Assembly: GCA_964187785.1 (NCBI GenBank)
Contig: OZ076409.1
Location: forward strand, 50,966,001-51,030,000
DNA length: 64,000 nucleotides
Source of the DNA: Amphiscolops sp. MND2022
Taxonomy: Eukaryota
Direction of reading: 5' to 3'
The notes under the pieces were generated by a model that saw only the letters and a program-made list of their open reading frames with translations, was not told the DNA's origin and ran no database searches. This document shows, one piece after another, positions 44,501 through 59,500 of the stretch. Each line of letters begins with the position of its first letter. Within the stretch, counting starts at the first letter, position 1. The position numbers and the translations under genes are program-made.

Positions 44501-47500
44501 TTTGTTTGTTTCGGTTGGATCGCCGTATTTTATTTTCAATGTTCTCACCGTGTGAGATTTCGCCGTCGGTGTGGATTTGGATCACGTCCTCTTCTGGGTT
44601 GGTTTGTATCGGCTCGTACCGACCTCCCCGTCCCGATGTGTCATAGCTTCCGTTGCCGGTTTCTTCCGGCATTTCTTCATCATCATCATCGTCTTCGGAT
44701 TCCGACATGCTCGTCTTACGGTTTTCGACGATTTTTAGCTTGCCGTTTAGGATGTCGCGCAGTATCTCATCCCATCGGCCGTACTTTCCGTCCAGCCCTC
44801 TCAGGCAATGTCAATTTTTCGGTGTGATTTCGGCATTTACTAATGCCGTATCTTTTCGGCTCTACTTCTTGGTCTGAAACAAAGGTCCCGAAATAAATTT
44901 TCGGTGTATTATTTTACCCGTATTTGTTTTTACGGTATTTTCGGTTCCGTCAATTGCGGTTTGTATTGGAATTTTCCTTCTAGTGATTTTTTGTTGTGGT
45001 TTTTTTCTACAAAGGAAAAAGGGTAGCTAACCGAATTTTTCTTTTTCGGTGACTTTGGGCCTTCATTGGCTTGTTTCTCTTCGGCCTTGGTCCTTGCCAT
45101 GACCATGTGATTGGTGATCTCGCCATCCGCATCGCGACCCACATATATCGGGACCTTTGGTTTGTTTGGTGCTGAAATAGATATTTCTGACCAATCCGAT
45201 AAATATGTTTTCCCGTCTTTAATTATGTTAGTTAGTTCGGTTCTCGGTTTTCTACCGTGGTGTAGTTCAAATGGTGTTCTTTTCAGTCCGGTATGTATTG
45301 TGAAACGCATTACCCGAAGTGCTCGGTTCACACTTTCGGTTAAATCCGTCCCTTCTAGGTTTGCTAGCATTAAGTTTTTTAAAGTTTGTATCGCTCTTTC
45401 GACTACTCCGTTTCCCGTTATGTAGTCGGGGTGTACAGTATTCGATTTCTATGTTCCGGTTTTTACAAAATTCTTTGTATTCTTTTGATATAAAGGCTCC
45501 TCCTTTATCTGATTTGATCTTTTCCGGTATTCCGTAAAGATTGAATTTATTCGTTAGGAAGTTCAAAACTTCCTTTGTTCCGGCGGTTTAACATCTTTTT
45601 ACTGTATGCCATTTGCTAAAACGGTCTACCGCTATTAAAATTTGGACGTCTCCGTTTATTCGTTTGTTATATAATTTACCGGTAAAGTCGATTTGTATTT
45701 CTTGACCCGGTTCGGTTAAATTTTTCAATTTTCCGTAATGATTATTTGGCAATTGATATTTCAAATTTTTACCTGATGCAGGGCAGGCGATGCAGTCCTT
45801 GACTTTGTTTTCAATATCCCGGTTGATGTCCGGTCACCAAAAGATTTTTGTTTCCGCTGTCATCTTCGTCATACCGGCGTGACCGAAATGCAGGATATCT
45901 AGTAGTCGTCTTCGTAGGTCTACCGGAACTACAATTTTGTCGTCCATGAACACAAATCCCCACCGGATAGAGAGTTTATCGAATACCGGTCTGTATCCGT
46001 CCGGGGTTGTGTCTCTATCTTCCCGTCTCATGCTTGCTCTGACTCTTGTGAGTTCGGGATCGATGGCGGTCTTTGAAATTAGTGTTTTTAGATCCAGCAT
46101 AAATTCAAATTCGGCTTTCTTTATTGTGTCTTCGGTTATCTTTTTGTTTCCGGATAACTTTCCCACAATATGATTTATCTGGATGTAGTGTGCTTCCTTT
46201 GCGTCTGTATTGAACTTGTTTAGGTCGACTATCGGTAGATTGTCTCCTTTCATAATGACGCTGTCCTCTTCGGTTTCGGGTTGTTCGCGTTCAATTTCGC
46301 CTTCTTACGGATTTTCCTCGGGTTTCTTCGGTTAATGGTTGGAATCCTCCCCCAACCTATTCGACCTCTGCAGTAGCTCCGCGTCTATCTCTGCAATCTC
46401 CTCTCTGCTACGCTTATTTGGGCGAGTAGGTGCGAAGATTCTCCACTGTGTATGTGGGTCGTATCTTCTTATCAATGTTCCCGGCTTTGATGGGGCATTC
46501 CTCAGTTCGACCAGTCTGTGGGTTTCCGGGCTTTTATATCTTCTCCGTATAGTTTCATAATTTCTCGTGTCGCGCCCCAGTGGTAGAAATTTTCTCTGTT
46601 CATGTCGGTAATTTCCGAATTTGTATTAAGTAATTTCTTCTTTTGAATGGTGTTCGAGTGCTGTTTCAATTTGCAGCTTGATTTTGACGCGCTAATTTCG
46701 GACTGCCCGGATGTTTTTTTCACACTTCGGTTTCTTTTGTTCACGCCGCTTTTGTTCTGGAATGTTCTATTCAATTGTGATTGGTGCACGCAATTCTCAT
46801 TTTGTTCTTCGGATGTATCGTTCTTTGTCTCGGTTGTTGCTTTCTCGCGTTTTGATTGGTCGGCGAATATTGGTCCGTTTTTTATGTTCAGTTTTGCTTG
46901 TTCGGATAGTATGTTAATTACGAATTCCTCATCGTAGTTATCTTCCGGTGCGGCTCCCCCTGCGGGATTTCTACTAAGATAATCTGTAAATTTCAAATTG
47001 CTTCCTGCAATATGCTGTATTGCAATGTCAAAATGTGCAAGCCGGTCTAACCACCGAGTTAATCTTGCACTATATTGTTTGTTGCATCGGTTTCGTTTTA
47101 TTAGAGGTTCCAGTGCTTGGTGTTTCGTATATAAATATACTTTCTTTCCGTAAAGGTAGAATCGGAATTTTTCTAATCCCCAAACTACTGCTAGTAGTTC
47201 TAATTCACCGATTGAATAATTTTTTTCGGTATCGTTCAAATATCTGCTACCGTACGCGATCGGTTTTATGTTCCCATCGTCCTGCTTTTGCCAAAATAAT
47301 TTTAGGTCTTTTGTATTTTCCGGTGCTTTCAATTTTAATATGGCTTCCACTTTTTCATCATTTGGTTTTATTCCATTTTCATTGATTTCATGTCCGAGCC
47401 ATTTTGTTTTTTCATGAAGAATTCGAATTTCTTTTTACTTGCTCTGTATCCGGCTTTCTCCAGATTATCTAGGACATCGAAGAGCTATTTCTCGTGATCT

Positions 47501-50500
47501 TGTTTATTCCCCCGTGTTACTACGATTATGTCATCCAAACATGCCGGTGTGCAATATTCGAGTTTTCGGTCAATTTTTTCTTGGAAAATGGTGGGTATAT
47601 CGGCGAGTCCGTAAACCCCTTTTTTGAATCTGTAATATCCGCTGAAATTCCCTCCGGTTAGTGCGAAAACACACTGTCGGCTTGTTTCTTCTGACAGTTT
47701 CATTTGTCCGTATGCATAGTCCAAATCGATCTTTGATAGGAATAGTTGTACTGTCCGGTCACGTGTAATTTCTACCGAAATTTGATTTAGTAAGTTTTCC
47801 ATATTCGGCATATGTGGTCTCATTTTGATGCAGCTATCGTTAAGTTTCCGAGAGTCGAGTGCGATTTTTACTGATTTATCGCTTTTTATTGTGATTACTA
47901 CCGGCGACACAAAACAATCTTCGTCCACATCGTTGATTTTTTCTAGGTGTCCGGTGCGAATTAGTTTTTCTAATTCTTTTCCGACATCTTCCTGTAGATG
48001 TAGCGGTACTGGTCTTGCCTTTTGTTTAACTGGGTGGTGTCCCGGTTTGAGTTGGATTTTTACTTCGGTATCTTTTATTGTTTCGTTATTTTCAAACAAG
48101 TCTCGGAATATTCCGAATATTCTCTTTCTCTGATTGGCTGTTCTCGGCCAATTGTATTTTCCCGATTGTGAGTTTGAATGTTTTCATCCAATCCATACGC
48201 AATAGGGGTGTAATGTCTGTTCTTTCGGTCATCAGAATTTCCATCTTTTGTTTGTTGTTTTTGTACTCGATTTTCACCGGGATCTTTCCCCGAAATTTTA
48301 CTTCGTTTTTATTTACGTCTTGGTATCGGTTTGTCACTTTTTGGATTTCGGTTAGTTTCATTATTCGTTGGTCCGGTGGCATTATTGATATTGGGGATCC
48401 GGTGTCGATTATGAATTCTTTTATTATTCCGTTGATTTTCACTGTCGCTGTGTAGTGTTTGTTTGTTTCTTCAATTTTCTTGATTTCTTTTGTGTTGTAT
48501 GTCTTCTCCTGATTCGCATGATGATTCGTTCGATTCATTTGTTTCATCTTCGGTTAGTCTTTTCACAGTTCGGCTGCTATTAATTTTCTGTCTGCATGCT
48601 TTCGCGTAGTGTCCTTTCTTTCCGCATTTGTTACAGTTCACTTCGGTTGCAGGACATTTATGCAGTGGTGTCCAGTTCGGAGCACTACAGTATCTGCACG
48701 GTCGGTTATTGAAATTTTTGTTCTTCGGTTTCGTTCCGTATCTTTCCATTCTCTGTATTGGTTCTTCTTTTATTATGTGTTTTTCTTTCGTTGATATCAG
48801 AGCTTCAGGAATTGTGTTCTTTTTGTTTTTCTTTTCATTTGTGTTTTGTTTTATTAGTTCGATTACCTTCTTCATTTCCAAGGTTTTTTCTTTCATTATT
48901 TTGTCCCGTAGTTTTTTATCGGTGATTGCGTCATGTACTTCGATATTAGCAGTTCTTCAGCCGAGATCGTGTTGAAGTTGCATTCTTTTTCGATTTCACT
49001 TAATCGTCTCCAGAATTCTTCCGGTGTCTCATCTTCGGTCTGTTTTGCCCAGAAGAAATCTCCTCGGTTATGTAAGCGTTCCGTTTCGGCATGTAGAACT
49101 CGGTGAATAACCGGATCAAATCCAGTATTTTGATGCTGTCGGGTTCCGTTTTGTATTCGGCCCTAGTTATCTGGTAGAGTGCTTTCGGTCCCACACCCCA
49201 TATAAAGTGTTCCTGTACGGTTTGTTCTTTTCCGGACCAATTGGTTATTTCTTCTCCTTTCATTAGTGGAGTGATGTCTAATTTATGTTCCCGTTTGCAA
49301 AATTGCCGGAATCTTCCTAACCATTGTCTCGGTGTGAAGACCGGGTTTCCGTCCGTAGCTTTTGCTTCTAGGTTCGGTACTGTGTTTCGTTCAGCCATGT
49401 TAATAAAAGTCCGTTGTAATTTCGTTAAAAATTGGCTGACTGCGCCATGTTGTATTTCTAAGCTAGGTTAAGATAATAGAGAACGTTAAAAGATTATCTG
49501 TATTTTGTATATCTAGCTCGTACCAAAACTATACGATTAATGTATACAAAATATAAATCTATAGTTTCAAGTTGGTTTGTAAACAACTTGTTGAGTGGTC
49601 TAGAGTTCTAAAGATCAGTAGAGGTCATTCGGAATCAACACCGTATAACTGGTCACCTGGCATCAATATATATAGACACAAATTTCAAAAATGCCCTCTT
49701 TCGAATTCATCATTCTCACCAGAAAAAATCTATTTGAACAAATTTTCTGTAGCAGCTTCTTGATGCTAAATTAAGCCAGAGGATAGTATCACCCAAGGTT
49801 GTGCGGTCATGAAGTTCCATCAATGATTGATGGCTCGCTAGATCTTGAGCCCTATGATGGCCCATCAATGGGCCTCCGTGGAACATCTATGATTTATGGA
49901 CCATTATCCATGGTTATTAATAAATGATGAATGCTTATAATCAACTCTTATAATCACCTCATGATCCATGAAATCAACTCTAAATGATACACCAAAGGTC
50001 AAATAATTGTTTTATGTCATATTGAACGCGAACAGCGTCCCAAATAGTTCAAAATTGCTCTCACATACAAAACTGAAGATCTGTGGTTTTTAGGTTAAGA
50101 GTTGTTTAAACTGCTGACTTTTTTGCATGTACTTTTAATGTTGCCAGCAACTTTTATTATGATTATCTAAAACTCTTATGGAAATTTTCATGGGAAAATA
50201 TTTCCCTGTTGTATTTGACTTCAACCAAGCTGCTTGAAAGATTTATCAAAGTTTCCGAGGCAATTTGGAGACTTGAAGTTTCGCAGGTTTCATTAAGAAG
50301 CAACTCTAATTTTAAAAGAAAATTAGTTGCTATCAGATTTACCGCTAACTAAATGCAAAATAACTAAATGCAGTCGGTAATAAACTGCATATTAGCGTCA
50401 AGTTTAGCGTGCTTTTTGAGAGGCCATGATCACATCAGGTGAAGAGTTGAAAAAACAAAGTGTGAATACAAAATGATCGTGTCGGTAATGAAGTGGGAAT

Positions 50501-53500
50501 TATTTTCAAATTTAATTACAGTAGTCAAAAATGTAGTGTCTATCTTCAAGATTTACCACCGCAATTTTACCGATTATTTTTAGGTTTGTAAAATATACTC
50601 TGCATGCAGGCCTGCAGCATGTAAAAAGTTCCAGAAGTGCCGACTAGGAAAATTTTAAATTAATTTATTGGGTACCATAAATTGTAAGCCTTATCATTAT
50701 AGCCGTACCAGAAAGAACGAAGAAGGAGCTTTTCGGCTCTTCGGAAGTCCTCGTCCTGAGAACGAACATGCTGCGTAAGCAGCTGATAGTGTCAATGGAG
50801 AAAAATTGAGCCAGCAAGGCAAAACAACATTCCACTACCACGCGATTATTCACCCATTACGTAGTTTTTGGTCAATAAAAAAGATCGAAAACGTGTTTTT
50901 TGTCTCTCATGGAGTTATTACATTACATCACAAAATATGTTTTAACTTAACTTGGTCTGTAGTTTCAATATTCTCCTTTACCAAAGTTGCTGGTTTTATC
51001 TGGGAGTGAAATCAAGAACAATTGATCTCATGTTCGGAGATACGATTGACACCTTGAGAGGAAGTTTAATCCGTGTTATAAGTGACCTAAAAATACAATT
51101 GAAATTTTAAGCATATGTTCAAAAAATTGTTCAAAACAGCTTGCTCAAAAGGAAACTTTTAAACAGCTTAAAATATGGCGCACTAATTCTTCAAAAAGTC
51201 AGTCTTTTTCAATATGAATATATGTTACAAAATTACAAAGCTGTTGTTTTTGTCGTTAACTTCTGTGGAAAAACTTATTTTTTTGGGATAGTTTAGCAAA
51301 CCGGCAGAATTATATCGAAATTGAAGTCGTTTGAAATTCGGTTTGTAGAGTTCGAAAAAGACTAAATCTAAGTGTAATGCAATAATTAAATCCATGACCT
51401 ACCAAAATGTAGTCGTAGAACTATTAAACTGGCCTACCCCGCTGTCAATTCAATCTTTTCTAAGAATCAGAGACTTTGGTCATGCCTTTTCCTCCAAATT
51501 CAGCTCGAACTCTTCTTCAAAGGAATGGAAAAAACTAAGATTGAGATTCTTTGGTAAAATCGGACGATAATGAAACCTACGACACATCAAAATTTGAGAT
51601 TTAATGCTGTTTAAGAACTGACCGATTTCAGATTTAAGGTGAAGGAGTAAATGCTATAGATGAATGTAGTTTTGACATCAAACTTTGATATCTCGTCCAA
51701 CTGTTCATTGAGAGCCCCGTCAAACTAAAATAGACAAGAAACAATCTTCTTGGTTAGATACTAAACAGAAATATTTTTGCAAATTTTTCATGTTTTTGTA
51801 AAATAAACAAGACACACGCTGAACACCGAGATACCCTCCGCTCTGAATTATTCTACCGTCAACATACTTTTAAGGCTCAAATTTAGCAAATACACTACGA
51901 AACTAGCACAAAAAGTTCATAACGTTTTTTTCGATACGAAAACTAGATATCCCATAAAATAGCCAAGTGTTTTTTGCTCAACTTTGTGACTATTCACGTC
52001 TACATATAGTATAAAATATTCGAAAAAAGGGGAACGTCATACAGACATAATGTAATACGCATCTAATTTTCAAACAATAGAATTCACTAAGCTGAAAACG
52101 CGTGTTTGATTTTGTCGGAACTATTATTATAACGTAGTCAGCTATGTTTACATACGCCTAGTGCCCTAAATGCAGGAGCGAAGCGAGGCGAGGTGCCATA
52201 TGGCCATGCCTCAATGTTGCTACTTGGCGAAGGGAGCGAAGAAAGGAACGAAAATGCGTAAACCGGTCAAAAGCTTAGTTTTACATTTCTGGGACATTGG
52301 GACACTTTTCATCCTGGGCACTTTTTTCAGAAACGCTCAAGTAAGTCGATAATTACATAGGTTTCGAAGCTTGGTAGTTTTTTTAATACTGTGGGAAAAG
52401 CTCTAACTTTTCGTTTGGAAATAGAGTTGCGTCTGAGAGAATAGTTTTCCTATTCCATTTAGAAACAATTTCCAGACATTCCAATTCATTGAAACTTAAG
52501 CTCTTCAGAGATAGTATAGTATAAACATTATGGTGCGTTTATTGGAAGTTCGAACCCAAATTCAGGAGCACTCACAATCTGATGGATAAGTATGAGGAAA
52601 GTTTCCAGTCCTTGTCCAACAAAATTTGCCACTTTGAGTTTTTTCTGCAACAAAACATTGTGTGAAAATTTCATGGTTTCTTGAAACAAATCTAAGTTCT
52701 CCGCATTTTTGATGAACTTACGTATTGTTTTGTCGGGGGCATTTCCTTCATCTGAAACGTATAACAGGTTAAACATTGTTCATATTAATTTGGAGCATTG
52801 TTGCTTCGAAAACTGTAAGTAAAAATGCTAAACGTCACAAGATAATTCCAACATGAAACTAATTTGTTTCAGTACAATACCATGGCGAAGTTCTTTAGAC
52901 ACTTCACGCAAAATTTTTCATTTCCTTTTTAGTATTTCTACGTAAGCTGAAATGTCGTGGAAGCCGTAAATATGATGTTGTTTACCACACATATTCGTCA
53001 ATCTGTTTTTTTCACCAATTCTGATTGGCTACTCTAGAATCTTTAGCTATTTATCTAATTCTCCTAGATGCGAGGCCGCGCTGTAATGAGAAGCGAACGA
53101 ATGTTTGCTATTCGTACACCGAGAGCTTCATGTGCATCCAAATACCAATACATAATGTCAAATGCGCTTGTTCTTTTGTTCAAGCAGAAAAGCTTATCGT
53201 CCGAGAAGAATCAAAGGCGTTCTTAACTGGTACAGTAAATAATTGTGTGCTGCATACAGTCCTGTGATAGACGAATGGAACCCTTAATTGATAATAAAGT
53301 TTGGAACAACTAATTTTTCTGCCGATATCTCTGAAACTTTTAATATTCCTGAGAAACGCTTTTTATAAAAGTTTCTCGAAATTTAAACTTGTTTACATCC
53401 GTGTTTAAAACTTTTGTGAAAAAACTTGCGGAATTTAGCTCTCAATACCTCTTTATGTAATATATGGTTTGCAAACCAAGTTTCATTTTTTGTCCAATTT

Positions 53501-56500
53501 ACAAACAATTTTGATTACACTTTGTTTATCACTGCGTTCATCGCTGTCCACTGATTGCACTGTCAAAAGTTGAGGCACTAAGTATTTACACGTCCGAAGA
53601 AAGACAAAATTCTCCACTGAAATTATCCTGCAGAATATTGTCTTTCTCCATGGTACATTTATTAGGATTGGGTAAAGATTTGAGGCTTGTAGATTTGTGT
53701 TCATCTTTTTACGTGTACACTCAAGGGTACCAAAAATTTTCGAGTGTGATTAGTTCATGAAAGTATATTATTGCGAACGAGCGCAAATTTTCCAGAGAGT
53801 GAGCAAAAACCTCTAATTTTGCATAATCTGTAGAGGCGTTTGCATTATAGCATCTTCGAGATCGAATTTTAAAAAAACTTTTAGAAAATCAGATTCTACT
53901 CTAGGTAAACATTACTGTCGAATGCAAACCGTTTTGCTGTTGTGATCATGGAAATGTTTGTCGATCTAGATTTCACTCAAAAGTAACACAGTTTTGCTTA
54001 ATTTATGTCATGTTTTCATGCAATTATATGAATCGATTGATGAAATTGTATATTATCGCATGATGGGATTGATTAAGGATATCTGACTAGATGTTTAAAT
54101 GGTTTACAAAAATCTCTGTACCACTTATGCGCTTCAGCCGAAGAAAACAGATGGGGCCATAAATTGTGAAGCCGTTGGTGCCACGGACGCTTATCTAATC
54201 CAAGAGCTGATCTTCAGCTATATAATTAACCAGTCAATATGTTGGGAATAAACTTACCAGCTTGTTGAGAATTTGATTCAGCCTCAAATTTCCAATCTAA
54301 AACAAACTCGAATTCAATTGACCTTAAACAATTTTATTCAATGAAGCAACTCAGAAAATCAAATACTCATGAACCCAGTGCTCTAAACAATGCTATGCTT
54401 TCCGATTGGAGTTGGAATTCAAATTCATAAATTAAAATTATCAATGATGAGATTCCCAAAACTTTTAAATCATAGATGGCTCATGCCACAGATGTTATAC
54501 GTGTACTACATGGAAACTTGTTTTGTCTCTAGTGAATAAAACCGTAAAAGTTTTTAAACTCCATTTTTCTCACTTTCAAGTGTTCTCTGCATTTATAGCA
54601 AGCTATGGAAATAACAACGTATTATCGTTTGGTTGGAATTCTGAGAAGTTGCTCAAGTTTTTCAAGTGCTGGGGAGATTAGAATGCATCACATGTTTCAC
54701 AAATTGAACAGTGCAGAACGGATAATTTATATTTCATGGTCCGCGCACCATTTGCGGAAAATATTACGATTCTGCAGCTGAAAATTATTTTTCTATCTCG
54801 ACTTTTTCCGTTGCTTTTGAAGCTCTATTCGTATACGTTATAACTACCAAAACAATTCTCCTGATCAATTTAAGCGCAAAGTTACAGTTGTTCCAATTTT
54901 TCTGCGAAAAAACGAATTTTTATTCAAGGTTTAAGTTATTTTTGTGTCCGAAACTACTTTAGAGTTGCCAGCCTCTTATAATTTCAATTTCTAGTCAAGA
55001 AAATGCCGGAGCTTGGTCAAAATCCTTGATAGAATGCAACATTCTACCAAAGTATCCAAGCCATCCAGTAACCTCACCGTATTTCCAAATTGAAATTCAA
55101 GATTCGGTACAGATAGTATTTCACTGAAGAACTAACGAATGATAATTAACAAATGAAAGATTTTGTCAAGATGCACGAGACAAGATCTAGGAGCTTGTCT
55201 AAAAATCTCAGATTTCAGGAATTTCCACGATTTTGGGAAGGTTTCCAAGAAGTCAGATTCGAGGAAAGCAAGAACTCTAAATAGTAACTTTTTCCTCATG
55301 AAGTCTCGACTTTTTCGATTAGATTATTTTTCTGCATTTGTTTCCCAACTGTCTTATTTGACAGAAGCAATCAAGCTGAAGCTTTAGATCGCAATCTTGT
55401 TATTTGCATCTTAGAACTTGAACAAATCAGAGCTACTGATAATAGATAGAGCTTCTTCATACATCAGTTAGTTGTTGGTTACATTCAATCTCTGTAATTC
55501 GAAACCTTCGTTGCACACTTTTATCCGTTCAAGTTATTTTGCACGAGCTTGAAATATTTGATCGTAATACTTCACTGAATCAAACTCTTTTTGCCTATAT
55601 GTAAAGGTCAGTTGAACGTTGAAGGGTAGAAAACGCATTTTTTCTATAAAGTATAGGTCGTAGATATAAAGAAGGAAATAGACGTAATGAAAAAGATTTT
55701 CCATGGATTTCCCAAAAAATGATTTACTGGTATCCTATGAGCAATTTTTTTAGTCAGCGAGTCACATACAAGTATGTTGGCACTGTGTGTTTCTTGTGCC
55801 CTACGATTCATTTTCAGGGCACTTCGCAAGTTTTTATTTGATGTCGTCTACAAAACTTCATTTTGGATTTGTTTTGATTTGAGTTTGAAATGAAAATTTG
55901 GAACAATTTACTAAAGTCGTGTAAAATACCTCATTACTCATCAGTCAAGTACCCCTTCAATCAGGAGTTTGACATCGCTAATTTTTCCGCTAATCGATAA
56001 ACCGCCAAAATAAAAATCGCTATTTCGCTGGAAAAGTTGTTCTCCAAACTAATGAATGTTTGACTTCAAGTATCTTTCAAAATTGAATGATGAACCTAAT
56101 TGAATTTTGCAAGAAAAACTGGTATTTTTTGTACTGTTTGAGTGTCACAAGAGTGGGCATTATCTTGGACATTCTAAAAATTACCACTCATTTGAATCCC
56201 TATTGAAATAGGTGAAAATTTCTTGGGCGGCGCTAATTAGCGGTGTCAAAACGTGGCCTTCAATTGACACTTCACTCCAAGCTCGTTCAAAACCCGTAGG
56301 TAATCCAACTAGTTATTATCTGATACTGGGCGCAACAATTGGACAGAAATGTCGGATCAACAAACAGACGACGTGGGCCCAATATTGATTGAACCCAATG
56401 CTTCGGCAGAGTGGGAACATAGCCTGTGTGACTGCTGCAAGCGACCTGATTGGTGTGTCATAGGATGTTGCATGCCAGGCAGGGATCATTGACGGTGATT

Positions 56501-59500
56501 AGACCGCTTGAAATTTTCCCACTTATCACTTACAACCTTTAACTTCATTCAACTTATCGTTAAAATGGTGTCGCTTAAGAATTATTGTTGACTTCCGGAA
56601 AACATTAATTAGATGAATGAAAAGTTGAACTTTTTCCGAAAACAAAACAATTGTTTTAAAATTTTACTTTCTCTGAAAAAGCTTCTTTCTGAGGTTTGTT
56701 GCGGTTCTTTGTACTCTGCATTCAGAAATCAGACGTCACTGTACAAATTCTGGGTAAAAGTCTGTGTAAAATTCTACTTTTTCTTGCTTCACTTAGTAAG
56801 AGTTGGTGACAATTTGAATCGGTAGCTGATCAAAGGAAAGCGCAAAAATTTGGATCCACTGACGCTTGCTCCGTGTTTTTTGAGAACTATGCCTCTTACG
56901 CCTATGGTAGCACTTGCAAGTAAATAACAGGTCGCTGAAACAGTTACATCACATAATGTGACCCTAGTCGAGGTTACATTTCAATCATAGCAGTATCTCG
57001 CACCGAACGAGTTCAATTCAAGCATCGAAATTTGCAACCTCGTTATATTATTGTGATATCATTACCTTAAATGAATACATAACGATTGAAATCAATGAAT
57101 TTGTTAACTCTAATGGCTGCTCCAGATACTCATCTCAAATGAATGTCCAGAATGTATGAACTAAAAAATTGGAAACAACAGATTGTTTCTTGCCTGTTAC
57201 ACCTTTCAACTATGAAAACAAACAAGCCGGGACCGGCCCAAGTCGGCGCCATATGTAAAACTCAAGAATAGCAAAAAGAATCTGTGCTGCTTTAAGAGTC
57301 TTTTAGTTTTAGTTGGTGGTCTATTCTCTAGATGTTACAGAGCTAAGTTATCAGAAGGATGCTAGCTAGCTGGTTGACTCTACTAAAGCTAGGAGGTCTG
57401 AAAAGAGGAATAAAAGGAGGTCGACTAAACGCTGATTATTAGTTTTCTCTCTCTGAAGGAGTAGAGTTTTACAGTCAATCAATATTAAATAAATGTACAT
57501 TTTAGAACATTCTAGAAACATCTAAATACTATTGGTTATTAATGTAGGTCAGTACATCCATCCCGGTTTCTAAATAAATTAAAATTTTACATTATGTCAA
57601 ATGAATGAAACAGTGGAAAAATTTTTTGTTTAAATGTTTTTAGCGTTTCAGCTAGTTCAAATTTTATTTTGATGGATGATTGGCAGAGGTCTCGTTTAGG
57701 TTGGTGAGAGTTCGACTCAATGGTAGACCTCGAGTTGTCTATCAAAATATGTGACAACTTCATTAGACCTCTTATGTGCGACTATAGTTCAAAGGTTTCA
57801 AAGTGGTCTGTTTCACTATGCTTTCGGGCCTACGTTTTTGAACTGGTAGCGGCCCAGTTCTATGCCTTTGTTGAAGCTATTGAATTGGCCTCGCAATTGA
57901 CAAATCGTGAGCAAACATCATTTGAGTTAAAGGTCAAAGAGTCAAGGAGAATTGTTGTTAAAAAAATTTTGCATCAAGTATGAAAACTGTCTGAAAAGAT
58001 TTCAGGTTGTTTCCAACCTTGGCGGGTTTGTTATATAACAAATGTTGAACTCTTTGAGAAAGTGGGCTTCTCATTATTCGAATTGAAATTGAACANNNNN
58101 NNNNNNNNNNNNNNNNNNNNNNNNNNNNNNNNNNNNNNNNNNNNNNNNNNNNNNNNNNNNNNNNNNNNNNNNNNNNNNNNNNNNNNNNNNNNNNNNNNNN
58201 NNNNNNNNNNNNNNNNNNNNNNNNNNNNNNNNNNNNNNNNNNNNNNNNNNNNNNNNNNNNNNNNNNNNNNNNNNNNNNNNNNNNNNNNNNNNNNNGGAAC
58301 AAATTTCGTACCTTTGATTGAAATCTCCAACTTTTGACTTGACCATTCTTAGTCGGTTAAAAGAGCCCGACTTTTACAGTCACTCGATTTTTTTAAGATA
58401 GACTCGAAGCGACGAACGTTAAAATTAACGTTCAACTACTAATTACGGTACTAAACTGCTGGACCGGCAAACGGGGAGCGCATTTAGGATAGTGCAAAGG
58501 GTCCCCCTTTCAGTTACTCCATTTTTATCGTAAGATACAAAACCGGACGAGACTATAGGGTCCCCCCTCTGAGTTTTTTTTCGGCACTCTGCGACTTTTT
58601 TTCGAATTTTTTTGTCTCCAAAGGGTCCCCCTTCAAGTTTTTTGATATTTTACAGTAAATTGAAGTTTCAAATAGCCCAAAGGGTCTCCCCTTTCAAGTT
58701 TTTTGGCACGATGAGACTGGCTCAAAATTCTTTTCGATTTTTCGTTTTTTTTTCTCGAATATTTTTTTAAATATCTCGAAATGGCCCCCCTTCATTTTTT
58801 AAAAATATTTTGTAATGTTAATAGATACTAAACAATCCCAAAGGGTCCCCTCTTTTAGATTTTTCGGCACTATGAGACTGTTCAAAATTGTCATTTTTCG
58901 TCTGAAGTTAGGTTTTCTCAGTATATATTTACCAATAATTTTTCCAAAACTGTCCGAGCCTTAGATATGGCGCCGACTTTAGACGTTCCCGTCTTGTTTT
59001 TGTTAAAACGTCTCCTGTAGACTTTACACGTTCATCTCTCAAGAAAACTTTTTCAGAAATAGTGTAAATATGAAAGTTCAAGAACAGTGTCAAGGCTATA
59101 AAAAAGGTCGATGAGCTCATCTTTTAACCAGTAGTTTTGAGATATTCAATAGTTATAATCGAAAAAAACCAAAGTTCCTCGAAATATCATGTGATATAAC
59201 TGTTTAAGTTTTATGCGATTTCGAAACCAAAAAATATCGTGTAATTCTGATCAAAATCTGAGAAATTTTTGATCTTGCATTTTTTTGTCAAATGTATGTC
59301 GCAAGAAAAGTATTAGAGTTTTCGCCTGCGATACTTGCTGTCTTAATGTTTTTGATACCATAGTTCATTTCGAACCCCTCTGAAACCCATTGTTCTTTAG
59401 CCATGTTCTTGTTGAAGGACTCGGTGATGCTCTTCTCAGTGAGGGCCATATACTGAATAACAGTGGGTACGATAAGGCCACAAAGCTCTTTGTGAAAGCT

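Noticed and set aside
57958..58346. ORFs spanning poly-X
   Set aside because: Artefacts of the N gap.
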